A DNA stretch of 64,000 nt from Nodosilinea sp. (GTDB lineage Bacteria > Cyanobacteriota > Cyanobacteriia > Phormidesmidales > Phormidesmidaceae): NCBI GenBank assembly GCA_035466075.1, contig DATIVG010000128.1:1109-65108 (forward strand), in the 5' to 3' direction. Every line of letters starts with the position of its first letter. Within the stretch, counting starts at the first letter, position 1. The notes under the pieces were generated by a model. The model had not been told where the DNA came from, ran no database searches, and saw only the letters and a program-made list of their open reading frames with translations. Position numbers and translations under genes: made by a program. Below are positions 19,536-28,271 of the stretch, in pieces.

Positions 19536-20156
19536 ATGGCACCTGTTCCCCAGCAAGGGCGACTGACTTCCTGGAAGGATGACAGAGGCTTTGGCTTTAT
19601 TAAACCTGAAGGCGGTGGTAAGGATGTTTTCTTACACATCAGCGCTTTGACAAAGGCAGGTCGTCGCCCACAGGTTGGAGATACGATTCTATACGAGAAA
19701 GTAACTGAGCCCAATGGCAAGACACGGGCGGCCAAAGCTTCTATTCAAGGGGTTATGATCCGATCAGTGCCCCAACGGCATCAGCCCAAACAGCGGTATC
19801 AGCCCAAACAACAGAGCTGGCTGGCATCGCTTGCAGGTATGGTCGGCCTGGTAATTGCAGCCGTATGGATTATTCCATTTGCGTACAAAAGCTCCCAGAT
19901 TCGATTCAACGCAAACCTTGCCGCCCAATCTGTCGAAGGGGCAGAAGCCACTGACCTACCAACGCAGATTGAAGCAGTTATCGCTCCCAGTTGCCCGATT
20001 AAAGGCAATATTTCAATTTCGAGCGGCAACAAGCTCTACCACGTTCCCGGAATGGAGGATTATGAGGGAACAGAAATCCATCTCGACAAGGGAGAACGAT
20101 GGTTTTGCAGCGAGGCGGAGGCAATCGCTGCGGGCTGGCGCAGAGCACCGAGGTAG
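19536..20156 (+). CDS. Cold-shock domain protein with a TM helix and a C-terminal CxIKGNI...ERWFCSE domain
   Basis: [12 protein letters not shown]...DVFLHIS (RNP1/RNP2), one TM segment, then [15 protein letters not shown]...[17 protein letters not shown]. Confidence 0.85.
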   Translation: MAPVPQQGRLTSWKDDRGFGFIKPEGGGKDVFLHISALTKAGRRPQVGDTILYEKVTEPNGKTRAAKASIQGVMIRSVPQRHQPKQRYQPKQQSWLASLAGMVGLVIAAVWIIPFAYKSSQIRFNANLAAQSVEGAEATDLPTQIEAVIAPSCPIKGNISISSGNKLYHVPGMEDYEGTEIHLDKGERWFCSEAEAIAAGWRRAPR

Positions 20157-20210
20157 GCCCGTGACGAATAGCCTGGTTACACTTAAATCCAAGTGAAGTT
20201 CAGTAAGCCT

Positions 20211-20540
20211 ATGCCAACCGTTACGGCCAAAACTTACGTTGAGTATCGCAGCGAGGCCTACTGGGTCAAAGGCACTCGTATTTCCCTAGATTCTGTTGTC
20301 TATGCCTTTCGGGATGGCTCGGCACCCGAAAGCATTGTTCAATCATTCCCGCTGCTGACCTTAGAGCAAGTGTATGGGGCGATTACCTTTTATTTGGCCA
20401 ATCGTGCTGAGGTTGACGCTTATTTGGCGGTGGAGCAAGCTGCCTTTGATGCCATGCCCCAACCCCTACAAGCTTCTGACCCTAGTTTGTACAACAAGCT
20501 CCTAGCAACTAAAGCGTCACAGCAGCAGGTGAATTTTTGA
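20211..20540 (+). CDS. DUF433-domain antitoxin
   Basis: VKGTRISLDSVV...ESIVQSFPLLTLEQVYGAITFY HTH-type signature. Overlaps the downstream toxin by 4 nt. Confidence 0.87.
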   Translation: MPTVTAKTYVEYRSEAYWVKGTRISLDSVVYAFRDGSAPESIVQSFPLLTLEQVYGAITFYLANRAEVDAYLAVEQAAFDAMPQPLQASDPSLYNKLLATKASQQQVNF

Positions 20541-20887
20541 CTGTTCGCTACCAAGCTGATGCTGATTTGAATCAAGCTATTGTGACCGGGGTGCTACGGC
20601 GAGAGCCTACGGTGAATTTTCAAAGTGCCTTTGCTGCTGGGCTGGATGGACTGATAGACGCTGAGGTATTGCACCTCTCGGCCCAGCAAAGGCGGATTCT
20701 GGTTAGCCACGATCGCCGGACGATGCCATCGGAGTTTGCCTCATTCGTCGCCAGTCAGAAAAGTTCTGGCGTCATCATCGTTTCCCGAAAACTACCGTTT
20801 GAAACAGTGATTGAAGAACTGCTGCTGATTTGGGCCGCCTCCAATGCTGAAGAGTGGGTCAATCGCATCGCCAAGCTACCCCTTTAA
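20537..20887 (+). CDS. DUF5615 PIN-like toxin
   Basis: YQADADLN, DAEVL, RILVSHD acidic PIN-like residues. Coupled to the DUF433 gene. Confidence 0.87.
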   Translation: MTVRYQADADLNQAIVTGVLRREPTVNFQSAFAAGLDGLIDAEVLHLSAQQRRILVSHDRRTMPSEFASFVASQKSSGVIIVSRKLPFETVIEELLLIWAASNAEEWVNRIAKLPL

Positions 20888-20947
20888 AGCGCCTTTCCAA
20901 GGCCGTCCCCCCTCCTTCCTCATCCCCCTCACCTTCCCCATCCCCAA

Positions 20948-22423
20948 TTACCGCCCTAGATAATTCAAAATGCCTCGGGCGATGCCGTCGGCGATTCGAT
21001 TCACCGCAGCGGGGTCGCGGAAGCGGGCGGCGTCTTCGGAGCCGGTGACAAAGCCGGTCTCGACCAGCACCGAGGGCATGGTGGTGTAGCGCAGTACGTA
21101 GAAGCGGGCGGTGCGCACGCCGCGATCGCGCATACTGACATTTTGCAAGACCGCGCTGTGGATGCTGCGGGCCAGCCGCTCGCCGCTCGAAAAGTAGTAG
21201 GTCTCTAGGCCGTTGACCTCAGGGCGGTCCATGCTGATGGCGTTGGCGTGGATGCTGACAAACAGGTCGGCCCCGGCCCGGTTGGCGTACTGGGCGCGGG
21301 CGTCGAGATCGACAAAGACATCGCTGCTGCGGGTCATTAGCACCGTAATACCGGCGGCGGCCAGCTGCTGCTGCACCCGGTTGGAGATGGCGGTGTTGAT
21401 TTGTTTCTCTTGCAGGCCGCCGATGCCCACCGCGCCGGGGTCGCGGCCGCCGTGGCCGGGGTCGATCACCACCACCACCGCTCCCTGGGGAATCGGGGGC
21501 AGGGTGGGGGTGGAGGCCACCGCCGGGGCTGAGGCACCGAGAATTTTGGCGGGCAGACGGTTGGCGACCAGGGCGTTGTAGATCTCGTCGGCCCGCTGGC
21601 GATCGCGGAATAGCCCAACCTGGACTACATCCTGACCATCGGCGGTGGTGCGAAAGGCTTCGGGTTCGACGGCGCGCACCTGTTGCAGGGTGTTGGGCCC
21701 GGTGATCGGCACCACCACGCGAAAGTAGTTGCCCGTGGCTACGGTGCCGCTGGGCGGCGGTGGCGACGTCGCCACCGGAGGGGTGGTGGGCCGGGCGGCG
21801 GGTGGTGTAGCGGGGGTCTGGCTCAGGGGTGGGGCGGCCCCGGCGGCCAGGCGCACATCCAGGGGCGCGTCGTGGGTGAGGTAGATATGGCCGACGGGCT
21901 GGCCGTTGTAGGTGCGGCGGGCCATTTGCCAGCCGGGGTTGAGCTGAATTTTGAGAAAGCCGTTGGTGCGGCCGTTGGTGCGGCCAATTTCGATCGGGGG
22001 GGCGCTGCGATCGCGGGTGGGTCGGGCAAACAGCACCAGGTCGTTTTGCCGCCCCGAAACCTCCAGCCGATAGTGAACGCCGAGGTCCTGGCCGTTGATG
22101 CGCACGGAGTAGCCGTTGCCGTCGGTGCTGCGATCGCAGGCCCCGCTGAAGTCAAAATTGAGCAGCAGAGGATCCACCACCACCGAGCCATTCGCCTGGG
22201 CCTGCTCTTGCCAGCACTGCCGCTGGTTGGGCACCTGGGTCAAAATCATCAGGTTGTGGAGAGCACCGTTGCGCACCGGGCTGGCAATGGCCACCGCCAG
22301 GCTGGGGTCAATGGGCTGCTGGCCAAACTGCTGGGCGCGGGCCACCGGGGCGGCAGCCAGGCTGGCCAGCACCACGGCGGCGGTGGTCATCAGAGTACGT
22401 AGCGGGTGAGAAAGCAAGGCCAT
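20948..22423 (-). CDS. N-acetylmuramoyl-L-alanine amidase (DUF3747 + SPOR-like + Amidase_3)
   Basis: Signal peptide, N-terminal 'VDPLLLNFDFSGACDRSTDGNGYS' DUF3747 pattern, and IDPGHGG, EK, SIHAN, LVETGF amidase motifs. Start is ATG 22423 or 22390. Confidence 0.9.
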   Translation of the reverse strand: MALLSHPLRTLMTTAAVVLASLAAAPVARAQQFGQQPIDPSLAVAIASPVRNGALHNLMILTQVPNQRQCWQEQAQANGSVVVDPLLLNFDFSGACDRSTDGNGYSVRINGQDLGVHYRLEVSGRQNDLVLFARPTRDRSAPPIEIGRTNGRTNGFLKIQLNPGWQMARRTYNGQPVGHIYLTHDAPLDVRLAAGAAPPLSQTPATPPAARPTTPPVATSPPPPSGTVATGNYFRVVVPITGPNTLQQVRAVEPEAFRTTADGQDVVQVGLFRDRQRADEIYNALVANRLPAKILGASAPAVASTPTLPPIPQGAVVVVIDPGHGGRDPGAVGIGGLQEKQINTAISNRVQQQLAAAGITVLMTRSSDVFVDLDARAQYANRAGADLFVSIHANAISMDRPEVNGLETYYFSSGERLARSIHSAVLQNVSMRDRGVRTARFYVLRYTTMPSVLVETGFVTGSEDAARFRDPAAVNRIADGIARGILNYLGR

Positions 22424-22561
22424 GGCAGAGGGAGCAGCGGTGAGGAGGAGATGACTAGGATCGAGCGCTGGCAAGACTCCTAATGCTACCCACGATTGTG
22501 GCGATCGCACGCCCCCCTTGCGCCGGTAACGTGTCGCAGTTTACCAATTGTCCCTGGCCAA

Positions 22562-22592
22562 TACAAAACCGGCCCAGCAAGGCTAGGCCGGT
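22562..22592 (-). terminator. Intrinsic terminator downstream of desA
   Basis: accggcc-c-agc-aag-gct-a-ggccggt stem followed by a T-run on the minus strand. Confidence 0.6.
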
Positions 22593-22638
22593 AGCAATGG
22601 GCTGTATCACCTTCGGTGAGGCCAGCTCTAGAAATTCC

Positions 22639-23679
22639 CTAGCGCGGCAAATCCTTGAAGGTCTGGTAGGCCCGCTCGGGGTGGTAGATGTGACAGCGCT
22701 GGGTAATCGTCTTGATCAGACTCCAGGAAAACCGGGTCTCCTTCATCAGCGGGCCCCAGTTTTCCTTCAGCGAAGCGTAGGCAGGCCGCAGGTTGTAGGA
22801 CGGAATGCCCACTGAAACATGGTGGGGAACATGGACGTTGATGTCGTGGCAGAGCACCTCAATCCACCGGGGGTAGTCGCAGTGCAGAGTGCCTGAGAGC
22901 TGCGACTCTACTTCGTTCCAGCTGTCGCTGTAGCGAAACTGAATCTCAGGGATGGTGTGGTGCACCAGGGTAAAGGTGCTCATCCAGAAGTGGTAGCCCA
23001 GCCAGGGCATCAGCCAGTACTTCACCACGCCCCAGGGGCCAGCCACGTAGAGCAGGGTGGGAAAGAAAATCGCCGCAAAGATCGCCACGACGGCAATGGA
23101 GCGGGTCACCTTAGCGCGATCGCGGGGTTCAAAGTTGCGCAGATCAAAGTGCAGCGCCCCCCAGTGGGCCACCGACGCCAGCCACCACAGCCAGCCCCGC
23201 ATGCCCTGATACACCGCCTGCAAAAAGCCGCCCGCCCCGGCGTACTCCTCTTTGCTCCAGGGGGCCCAGGCGTTGTCGATCTCCATGTCGTTGGTGTGGC
23301 GGTGGTGAATGTCGTGCAGCAGCCGCCAGCTGTGGAAGGGGTAGATCAAGGGCAGAAACATGATGTGCCCCAGCCAGTTGTTGACCCAGCGGCGGTTGGC
23401 AAAGGAGCGGTGGCCGCAGTCGTGGCCGACCACAAAAAAGCCGGTCAGCGCGGTGCCGGTCAAAAACCAGGCCACCGGCAGCAAAAACCAGGGCGACAGC
23501 GCGATCGCAGCGTAACCCGCTGCCACCGCTGCCACGCTGAGCGCCACCTGGGTCCAGGCTTTGCGCGAGTCTTTTTGAAAATAGACTTTAGGAATACTTT
23601 GAACAACCTGCTTCAGGGTCAGGTCACCATAGAGATCCGCGTCCGCCCCTCTGGCGGAAGGCTCAAAAATTGCAGTCAA
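22639..23679 (-). CDS. desA: Delta-12 acyl-lipid desaturase
   Basis: His boxes HDCGH, HDIHH and HVPHH; IPKVYFQKD; HFWMSTFT.VHHT. Confidence 0.92.
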   Translation of the reverse strand: MTAIFEPSARGADADLYGDLTLKQVVQSIPKVYFQKDSRKAWTQVALSVAAVAAGYAAIALSPWFLLPVAWFLTGTALTGFFVVGHDCGHRSFANRRWVNNWLGHIMFLPLIYPFHSWRLLHDIHHRHTNDMEIDNAWAPWSKEEYAGAGGFLQAVYQGMRGWLWWLASVAHWGALHFDLRNFEPRDRAKVTRSIAVVAIFAAIFFPTLLYVAGPWGVVKYWLMPWLGYHFWMSTFTLVHHTIPEIQFRYSDSWNEVESQLSGTLHCDYPRWIEVLCHDINVHVPHHVSVGIPSYNLRPAYASLKENWGPLMKETRFSWSLIKTITQRCHIYHPERAYQTFKDLPR

Positions 23680-23942
23680 GGAATAGTCTCCACAAAAGTT
23701 AAAGTGCGCATCAGAGCTGGACTATGTTGCCCAAAAAAAATCTGTTCACCCCGCAGGGAGCCGAACAGACCCTAAGCTTGATTGCAAAATTGAGGTATCA
23801 ACAAGCCGAACTACTTCTATAACTCTGATAACCGCCGCAAACAGCTTAATGGGGCAAAGATTGGCCCATGAGAATGCTTATAATTCCTTAACATTTATAC
23901 CACGGGGAAGATGACGCGCCACATTCTACGGAGTGAACCCCG

Positions 23943-23980
23943 GAGACCAGCGCCATAGCTCGGAGTCTGGCGCTGGTCTC
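23943..23980. terminator. 13-bp-stem hairpin, possible terminator or REP-like element
   Basis: gagaccagcgcca-N12-tggcgctggtctc, downstream of the 24056 stop on the minus strand. Confidence 0.55.
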
Positions 23981-24055
23981 AGCAGCTTTCGAGCCGCTAG
24001 CAGAGCGCTGGCGGCCAAGGGGGGGATGGCGACCTGGTGGTCTGACCAACAGAGC

Positions 24056-24520
24056 CTAGCGACGACGACGGGTAAACCCCAGCCAGGCCAGCGCTCCGCC
24101 GATGGACACCACCAGCGGCATAAACGCGGCGGCGGCGCGATAGTGCACATCCTCCGTCGAGTCGAGGCTGATGCCGTCGTAGATGATGCCCTTGTCGCCC
24201 ACGGGCACGGTCCAGTAGTCGGCGTGGCTCTGGGTGTCGTCTTCAATTTCTACGGCCCAGTCGCCGGGAATCGACTCGTCGGGCAAAAAGGCGAACCGCC
24301 CCTCGCGGTCGGTGGTGGTGGTCATCCAGGGCTGATCGGGGTTGTTGGGCGCGTAGATGGTGACCGTGGCCCCCACAAACGGTTCGCCCGAGCTAAACAA
24401 CGACTGAAACTCCAGCTGGTTGTTGAGGGAGTAAAAGGTCTCAACCTGGTGGGCCCACGCCTGGGCCGGCAACCCGAGCAGGGCCAACCCCATTACCAGG
24501 GCAACAAACAACCGTTTCAT
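24056..24520 (-). CDS. Exported protein with a carboxypeptidase-regulatory-like (transthyretin/prealbumin-fold) domain and C-terminal TM
   Basis: Start ATG 24520. Signal peptide ...AWAH, then FSSGEPF.GA.V.IYAP...TTDREGRF.F and a C-terminal hydrophobic anchor. Confidence 0.72.
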   Translation of the reverse strand: MKRLFVALVMGLALLGLPAQAWAHQVETFYSLNNQLEFQSLFSSGEPFVGATVTIYAPNNPDQPWMTTTTDREGRFAFLPDESIPGDWAVEIEDDTQSHADYWTVPVGDKGIIYDGISLDSTEDVHYRAAAAFMPLVVSIGGALAWLGFTRRRR

Positions 24521-24654
24521 AGGGCAAGTCTTCCGTAATCTGTCTGCTGCCCATTGTAGCGAGAGATTGATAAAGGCTTTGCCCCACCGCCCCAGACTCG
24601 CCCAAAGACTCCCCCCCAGAGCGATTTTCAACCAATATTTAGCTGGCCCCCGGT

Positions 24655-24939
24655 ATGACCTCCCCCCCTGAGCTGCAGCCCTACCTCGACCCCGAAGGCC
24701 GACTCAAGGCCTGGCCCTCGAAGCGCAATCGGGGCCGGTTTCAGCAGCTGGCCCTGGAATATTTGGCCGGTCAGTTTGCGCCGGGCAGGCGCTACACCGA
24801 GCGCGAGGTCAATGCCCTGCTCAACCAGCTCCACACCTTTGGCGACCCCGCTCTGCTGCGCCGGGAACTCTTTGAGCGCCGCCTGGTCGATCGTCTGCCC
24901 AATGGCTCTGCCTACTGGCGTTTAGAGGCTCGCGGGTGA
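24655..24939 (+). CDS. DUF2087-domain protein
   Basis: LKAWPSKR...YTEREVN.LL...HTFGDPALLRRELFE. Confidence 0.88.
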   Translation: MTSPPELQPYLDPEGRLKAWPSKRNRGRFQQLALEYLAGQFAPGRRYTEREVNALLNQLHTFGDPALLRRELFERRLVDRLPNGSAYWRLEARG

Positions 24940-24959
24940 CCGATGCAAAGAACCTTTGC

Positions 24960-24983
24960 GGCGGGGTGCGATCGCACCCCGCC
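24960..24983. repeat. HIP1-centred 24-bp perfect palindrome
   Basis: ggcggggtgcga|tcgcaccccgcc. Shares an 18-bp core with 57569..57600. Confidence 0.8.
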
Positions 24984-25106
24984 CCTGGGCACCTTAGGCC
25001 TGCGTATGCATCTGTGAAGATTCTCCTAATCTGAGCCGCCCCAGGCCGATCTGCGGGCGGCTTTTTCACGCCGGGGCGCGGCGGCCCATCCTCGGGTAGG
25101 AAGGCG

Positions 25107-25436
25107 CTAGACCCTGGGGGCATACATCATCACCAGCACCCCCAACAGCACAATCCAGCCCCCCAGCAGGTCAAAGCGATCGGGCTGCACCTGGTCAACC
25201 AGCCAGCCCCACGCGATCGACAGCACAATAAAAACGCCGCCATAGGCCGCATAGGCGCGGCCAAAATGGGTGGGTTGCAGGGTCGGCACCGCTCCGTAAA
25301 CGCCCAAGATGACCACGCCGAGCACCGCTAGCCACAGGCTTTTGCCCTCCCGCAGCGCCAGCCACACCAAATATCCCCCGCCAATTTCGCATAGACCAGC
25401 GACCACAAAAAATAGCAGCGATGACAGCACATGCAT
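25107..25436 (-). CDS. ynfA: YnfA-family (SMR-like) membrane protein
   Basis: [31 protein letters not shown]. Confidence 0.93.
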   Translation of the reverse strand: MHVLSSLLFFVVAGLCEIGGGYLVWLALREGKSLWLAVLGVVILGVYGAVPTLQPTHFGRAYAAYGGVFIVLSIAWGWLVDQVQPDRFDLLGGWIVLLGVLVMMYAPRV

Positions 25437-25448
25437 GGCTCAAACCAG

Positions 25449-26102
25449 TTACAGAGGGTGGTCTTGACCATCGGCGTGCCGGGCGAGGGCATCGCCCGCG
25501 GGCAGCCCCAGCTGCCGCCGCACGGTGTCTAGCGGCAGTTCCCACTGGTCTTCAAACCGCTGGCCCAGCAAAAACCCGGCCTGCTGCCCCAGGGCCAGGC
25601 CCCGGCGGCGGCTGGCGGCAATGGCCCGCCTCTGGGCCGGGGCCAGCAGAGGGTACAGGGCGCTGGCCAGCCCGAGCGCCAGCCGTTGGGAGCGGCTGTA
25701 GCCCTGGGCCACGGCAAAGGCCAGCACCCCCATTTCGCCCGCGTAGCTGGTGTCAAACCCCAGCAGCACGTGAAAAATATCGTGGGTGATGGCGTAGCGC
25801 AGGGCAAACACATTGCGCCGCGCCACCGCCTCCAGCTCGGGGCTGACGCTAAAGGGGCTGAGATGGTTGGTTTGCATGTGGTGGGCGTACTCATAGCCAA
25901 AGCTGCCCTCCGGCAGCTGGCTGAGCGCCTCCAGATCGATGGGCGGGTAGTAGCCGACCACGGGCTCCAGCTGGGCCCGCACCGCCGGGTCGGCCTGGGC
26001 CCCCAGGGCATCGGCCTTGAGAATGGCAAAATCCCCCAGCCTGGTCGCCTCCTGGCTGCGCACCGTCCGCATGGCCTGGATCAACTGCCTGGGTTTAAGC
26101 AT
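25449..26102 (-). CDS. Coq4-family protein
   Basis: LSQLPEGSFG.EY and the Zn-binding HDIFH-x11-E motif. Start ATG 26102 overlaps the P450 stop. Confidence 0.85.
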   Translation of the reverse strand: MLKPRQLIQAMRTVRSQEATRLGDFAILKADALGAQADPAVRAQLEPVVGYYPPIDLEALSQLPEGSFGYEYAHHMQTNHLSPFSVSPELEAVARRNVFALRYAITHDIFHVLLGFDTSYAGEMGVLAFAVAQGYSRSQRLALGLASALYPLLAPAQRRAIAASRRRGLALGQQAGFLLGQRFEDQWELPLDTVRRQLGLPAGDALARHADGQDHPL

Positions 26103-27423
26103 GGCCGCGGGGTTCAAAGACAACCTTCAGGCCCGATCGCGGTCTCAGGGTGGGAATCGGCATCATCTCGAGGTTTTGGTGGGGCACCAGCCTCCAGGTG
26201 TAGTGGCGCAGCAGGTGGGCCGCCACCAGCTTGATTTCGAGCTGGGCAAAGGCCAGCCCCAGGCAAATGCGGGGGCCACCGCCAAAGCCCACCAGGCTAA
26301 AGTCGGCGCGCTTGTGCTCCGCCCGCTGGGGGCCAAAGCGATCGGGGTCAAAACGATCGGGGTCGGTGTAAAGGGTGCGATCGCGGTGGGCCGCATCGAT
26401 GCGGTACAGCGCCATCCAGCCCTCGGGCACCCGGTAGCCGTTAAATTCAAAGGCTTTCACCACGCCGCGAAAGCCGCCCGCCACCGGCGGATACAGCCGC
26501 TCCACCTCCTTCACAATCTGGTCGAGGTAGGGCATTTGCCGCAGCTGCTCCAGGCCCAGCGGGGTAGCGTCACCCAGCTCGGCCTGCTCCTGCCGGGCCC
26601 GCGCCCAGACCTCGGGGTGCTGGGCCAGCGCCATCACCAGCGAGGTCAGCATCGAGGTGGTGGTTTCATGGCCAGCAAACAGCATCAGCAGCGCCTGCAC
26701 CTTAATTTCGTTGAGGCTGAGGCGGTTGCCCTCCTCGTCCTCGCTCTGCACCAGCAGGCCCAGGGCGTCCTGGCTGGGGTGGGCCTGGCGCGCTTTGACC
26801 ACCTGCTCAATGTGGTGCAGCAGCTGGTCGCGGGCTCGTAGGGCCTTGCCAAAGGGCGTCCAGCCCCAGCGCAGGGGCGGCGCAAACAGCCCGGCGGTCA
26901 GCTCTGTAAACCACTGCGACAGCTGCACCGTCTCGGGGCCGGGGGCGCTGCCCAGCAGCAGGGTGCTGGCAATTTCAAAGGTGAGCTGCTTCATCTCGTC
27001 GAACCAGGTGAACTGGCCCAGGGCAGCCCAGCGCTGGGTGTAGCGCTCGGTGAGCGCCTGCATGGTGTCCACATAGCCCACCAGGGCCGGGCCGTGGAAG
27101 GCGGGCATCAGCAGCTTGCGGTTGCGGCGGTGTTCTTCCCCCTCCTGCAAAAACAACGACTCGCCCAGCAGCTCACCAAAGGTGCCGGGCCAGCCGTCCC
27201 GCCACGAAAAGCAGTCCATGTGGCTGGAGAGCACAAACCGGTTGGCCTCATGGCCCATCATCACCACGGTGGGGCGACCCAGCAGACGGGTTTTGAAGAT
27301 CGGCCCGTACCTGGCCTGGCGCTTTTTGGCAAACTCGCGGTCAAACAAAAAATTGAGGGTTTCACCCACCACAGGCAGGCCAAAACTGCCGGGGGGAAGC
27401 GGAGGTTGGGAAGCAGGAGCCAT
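26095..27423 (-). CDS. Cytochrome P450 (CYP120-like)
   Basis: PPGSFGLPVVGE, I-helix AGHETT, K-helix EVER, PDRF, heme motif FGGGPRICLG. Start ATG 27423. Confidence 0.96.
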   Translation of the reverse strand: MAPASQPPLPPGSFGLPVVGETLNFLFDREFAKKRQARYGPIFKTRLLGRPTVVMMGHEANRFVLSSHMDCFSWRDGWPGTFGELLGESLFLQEGEEHRRNRKLLMPAFHGPALVGYVDTMQALTERYTQRWAALGQFTWFDEMKQLTFEIASTLLLGSAPGPETVQLSQWFTELTAGLFAPPLRWGWTPFGKALRARDQLLHHIEQVVKARQAHPSQDALGLLVQSEDEEGNRLSLNEIKVQALLMLFAGHETTTSMLTSLVMALAQHPEVWARARQEQAELGDATPLGLEQLRQMPYLDQIVKEVERLYPPVAGGFRGVVKAFEFNGYRVPEGWMALYRIDAAHRDRTLYTDPDRFDPDRFGPQRAEHKRADFSLVGFGGGPRICLGLAFAQLEIKLVAAHLLRHYTWRLVPHQNLEMMPIPTLRPRSGLKVVFEPRGHA

Positions 27424-27502
27424 GGGTGGCAAGCGTTAAGGGCAGAGCGATCAAGGCAACACGATCGGGGCAGAAGGCGATCAGCGCCGGGGCGGGCCGC
27501 CG

Positions 27503-27577
27503 TTCTGCTCTCTAGGGTATCGCTCTCTGGCCGATTGCTCCCTAGCCGATTGCTCTCTAGCCAGTCACTCTCTGGCC
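27503..27577. repeat. Degenerate 15-bp tandem repeat x5 (gattgctctctagcc-like)
   Basis: RCTCYCTR cores recur at 27507, 27522, 27537, 27552 and 27567, in the gap upstream of the P450. Confidence 0.75.
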
Positions 27578-27584
27578 CGTCGCC

Positions 27585-27788
27585 CTAGGCCGCGATATGA
27601 TGACCAGCCGCCACAATCAGCTCCTTAAAGGTTTCTTCGGAGGCTTTCGAGCTAATCACCACCGTTTTGGTCTGGGAATGCACATCCACACCGGCATCGG
27701 GTTCGGCCACCGCAATGAGGTCCTTGAGGTCTTGCTCCGCCTGCGGATCGGCCAGGGTAGGCACTTGAAATTGCCAGGGCATAATCAT
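27585..27788 (-). CDS. Heavy-metal-associated (CopZ/Atx1-like) domain protein lacking CXXC
   Basis: FQVPTL...VDVHSQTKTVVISS...IVAAGH matches the pattern of cyanobacterial Atx1. ADPQA replaces ACxxC. Confidence 0.7.
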   Translation of the reverse strand: MIMPWQFQVPTLADPQAEQDLKDLIAVAEPDAGVDVHSQTKTVVISSKASEETFKELIVAAGHHIAA

Positions 27789-27892
27789 TGCTCCTAATTT
27801 GAGGGGTTTCTGTGGCTACAGCCTAAGCGGTGGTACCCCCGGTTGCCGTCTATAAAAAGGCGCAAGAAAGAAAGGCGCAAGCAAAGCGCCGG

Positions 27893-28219
27893 TCAGGGCG
27901 ACGACACCAACCACTGCCAGCCCCAAAACACCCCCATACCGCCCGCGATGGTGAGCAGCAGATTCTGACGCCACAGGGCCAGCCCAACCCCTGCGATCGC
28001 ACCCACCAGCCGCGCATTGCGCCAGCCCAGCGCCAGGGTTTCGCCATCGGGCAGCACCACCGCTGGCACCACAATCGCCGTCAGCACCACCGGCGGCACG
28101 TAGCCCAGCGCCCGCACCAGGGCCAGCGGCAGCTGAATCCGCCCGCTCAGGGCCAGCAGCACGTAGCGAATTAAAAACGTCACCAGGGCCATAGCGGCCA
28201 CCAACAGCCAGTCGTGCAT
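27893..28219 (-). CDS. azlD: AzlD-family branched-chain amino acid transport protein
   Basis: VTFLIRY...RALGYVPPVVLTAIVVP; downstream of azlC. Confidence 0.88.
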   Translation of the reverse strand: MHDWLLVAAMALVTFLIRYVLLALSGRIQLPLALVRALGYVPPVVLTAIVVPAVVLPDGETLALGWRNARLVGAIAGVGLALWRQNLLLTIAGGMGVFWGWQWLVSSP

Positions 28220-28225
28220 AGCGAG

Positions 28226-28253
28226 TTCTGAGTTTTGAGGTTTGAGGTTTGAA
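28226..28253. repeat. Heptamer STRR-like repeats
   Basis: ttctgag ttttgag gtttgag gtttgaa between azlC and azlD. Confidence 0.65.
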
Positions 28254-28271
28254 TGTTAAGCGGGGCCAGCA

